Positions 59,287 to 60,509 of a DNA stretch of 60,509 nucleotides are shown one piece after another (position 1 is the stretch's first letter; the number at the start of each line of letters is the position of its first letter). The DNA comes from an uncultured Candidatus Sumerlaeota bacterium. GTDB lineage: Bacteria; CAYMEV01. The stretch spans positions 62,001 to 122,509 of the forward strand of contig CAYMEV010000011.1 of assembly GCA_964389675.1 (NCBI GenBank), written 5' to 3'. Position numbers and translations under genes: made by a program. The notes under the pieces were generated by a model, which worked only from the letters and a program-made list of their open reading frames with translations, searched no databases and was not told the DNA's origin.

Positions 59287-60387
59287 ATGAAAAAGCTTTT
59301 TTATATTATTAAGAATTTACTTTTTGTAACAGTTCCCACAATCTTAATAATTCTAATTATCCTTGAGCTTGTTTTTCGAATTGCTGTTAGCGAATCTGAT
59401 ATGCCAGTTGGATTCTTTGATGAAAACGATAAAATGTTTCTGTTTTATGATAAGGGTGGCAGGGGAATGACTGCTGGCAGCACTGGAGAGACTGATGTCG
59501 TCTGGAGAATTAATAATATGGGATGGAATTATCCCATTGATTATGATCAAACAGATAATAAGAAAATGATTGCAGTAATTGGCGATTCATTCATTGAAGC
59601 CTTATTGATTAATGTTGATAAAAACTATCCCTACCTTCTGCATCGTATGCTTTTTCCTGATTACAGGGTGTATGCTTTTGGGAAGTCAGGAGCGCCTTTA
59701 TCACAGTATCTTCATATCTCAAGGTATGTAAATAAATACTTTAATCCTGATATACTTATCATAAATGTTGTCCATAATGACTTCGATGAGTCAATTTATG
59801 AGTTATACCCAAAAAAAACCCAATTTATGCAGTTATCCATAAACAAGGATAAACATATATCTGAAATATCACCCCGTGGTGATCCCAAAATCTCTTTTGA
59901 ACGATTTAGATGGTGGAAAAAACTATTGTATCGTAGTGCCTTATTCAGGTATGTAAGCAGACAATCCATTGCAGTGGGAAACAGGGCTTTTCTGAGATTC
60001 TATCCCACAAATTTTGAAGCAAATGTAAGGGTAGATAAGATAAATGAGCACAGAGACAGTATCTACCTGGCTGTTAATTATATAGTAGAAAAGATCAGAA
60101 CCGAAAATAAGGATAAAAGAATTATATTTTTGCTTGATGGCTCAAGATATGCTATTTATAATGATAGGCTTGATTATAGCAAAGTTTTATGGATGCATGA
60201 GATGATGAAACAGGTTTGCAGTGTTCATAATGCTGAATTTTATGATCTTAACCCCGTAATGCTTGCAGACTACAAAGCAAATAAGACAATGTTTAACAGT
60301 GAGACCGATGGGCATTGGAATGAATACGGCCATAGTTTTGTTGCTGAGTTTCTTTATGAGGTAATTACAGGAAAAAGAAATAATTAA
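59287..60387 (+). CDS. Membrane-anchored SGNH-family protein (AlgJ/AlgX-like polysaccharide O-acyl-modifying enzyme)
   Basis: N-terminal TM ending LELVFR, then INNMGW, IGDSF, FGKSG, VHND and DGHWNEYGH. True start is likely ATG 59287. Confidence 0.75.
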   Translation: MKKLFYIIKNLLFVTVPTILIILIILELVFRIAVSESDMPVGFFDENDKMFLFYDKGGRGMTAGSTGETDVVWRINNMGWNYPIDYDQTDNKKMIAVIGDSFIEALLINVDKNYPYLLHRMLFPDYRVYAFGKSGAPLSQYLHISRYVNKYFNPDILIINVVHNDFDESIYELYPKKTQFMQLSINKDKHISEISPRGDPKISFERFRWWKKLLYRSALFRYVSRQSIAVGNRAFLRFYPTNFEANVRVDKINEHRDSIYLAVNYIVEKIRTENKDKRIIFLLDGSRYAIYNDRLDYSKVLWMHEMMKQVCSVHNAEFYDLNPVMLADYKANKTMFNSETDGHWNEYGHSFVAEFLYEVITGKRNN

Positions 60388-60509
60388 ACTTATATTATAT
60401 TAAGCCTTGGAAAAACATTATTATTACCTGAATTTCTTTTCTCTCTTAAATCAGAAAGGTTATGTCAAAATTTTTCTGTAAATTTTTTAGCCTGAATCCT
60501 AAGTTATCT

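Noticed and set aside
1-60509. tRNA/rRNA, CRISPR arrays, IS elements, prophage, alternative genetic code
   Set aside because: No such signatures seen by eye, and conserved genes translate full-length in code 11. A covariance-model scan was not possible.

Overview
Gene-dense (about 40% GC by eye) chromosomal segment from a diderm bacterium (LPS heptosyltransferase, outer-membrane beta-barrel), probably an anaerobic peptide fermenter from a poorly characterised lineage. About 47 CDSs are supported. They include housekeeping blocks (galT-like/receiver/glgC-scpA-scpB-rluB; recO; beta-CASP nuclease-murG-mraY-murF; pepA, M42 peptidase, mreB, ridA), envelope-modification genes and many signalling proteins. 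I found no rRNA, tRNA, CRISPR array, integrase or transposase. The most unusual items are: (1) a 1115-aa MurG fused to a ~14-TM domain and HEAT repeats, in a truncated mur cassette with a variant MraY; (2) a tail-to-tail pair of ~1315-aa proteins built like mammalian soluble adenylyl cyclase (C1-C2-STAND-TPR) but lacking the bicarbonate residues; (3) a small stand-alone MshEN-motif protein coupled to a YfhO/GT-C membrane glycosyltransferase through a CTGA overlap or a -1 frameshift; (4) a metallophosphoesterase with a ~520-aa unassigned N-terminus; (5) a structured leader before an antiporter-EIIA gene, and several apparently leaderless genes. All calls come from motif recognition by eye; no searches were run.
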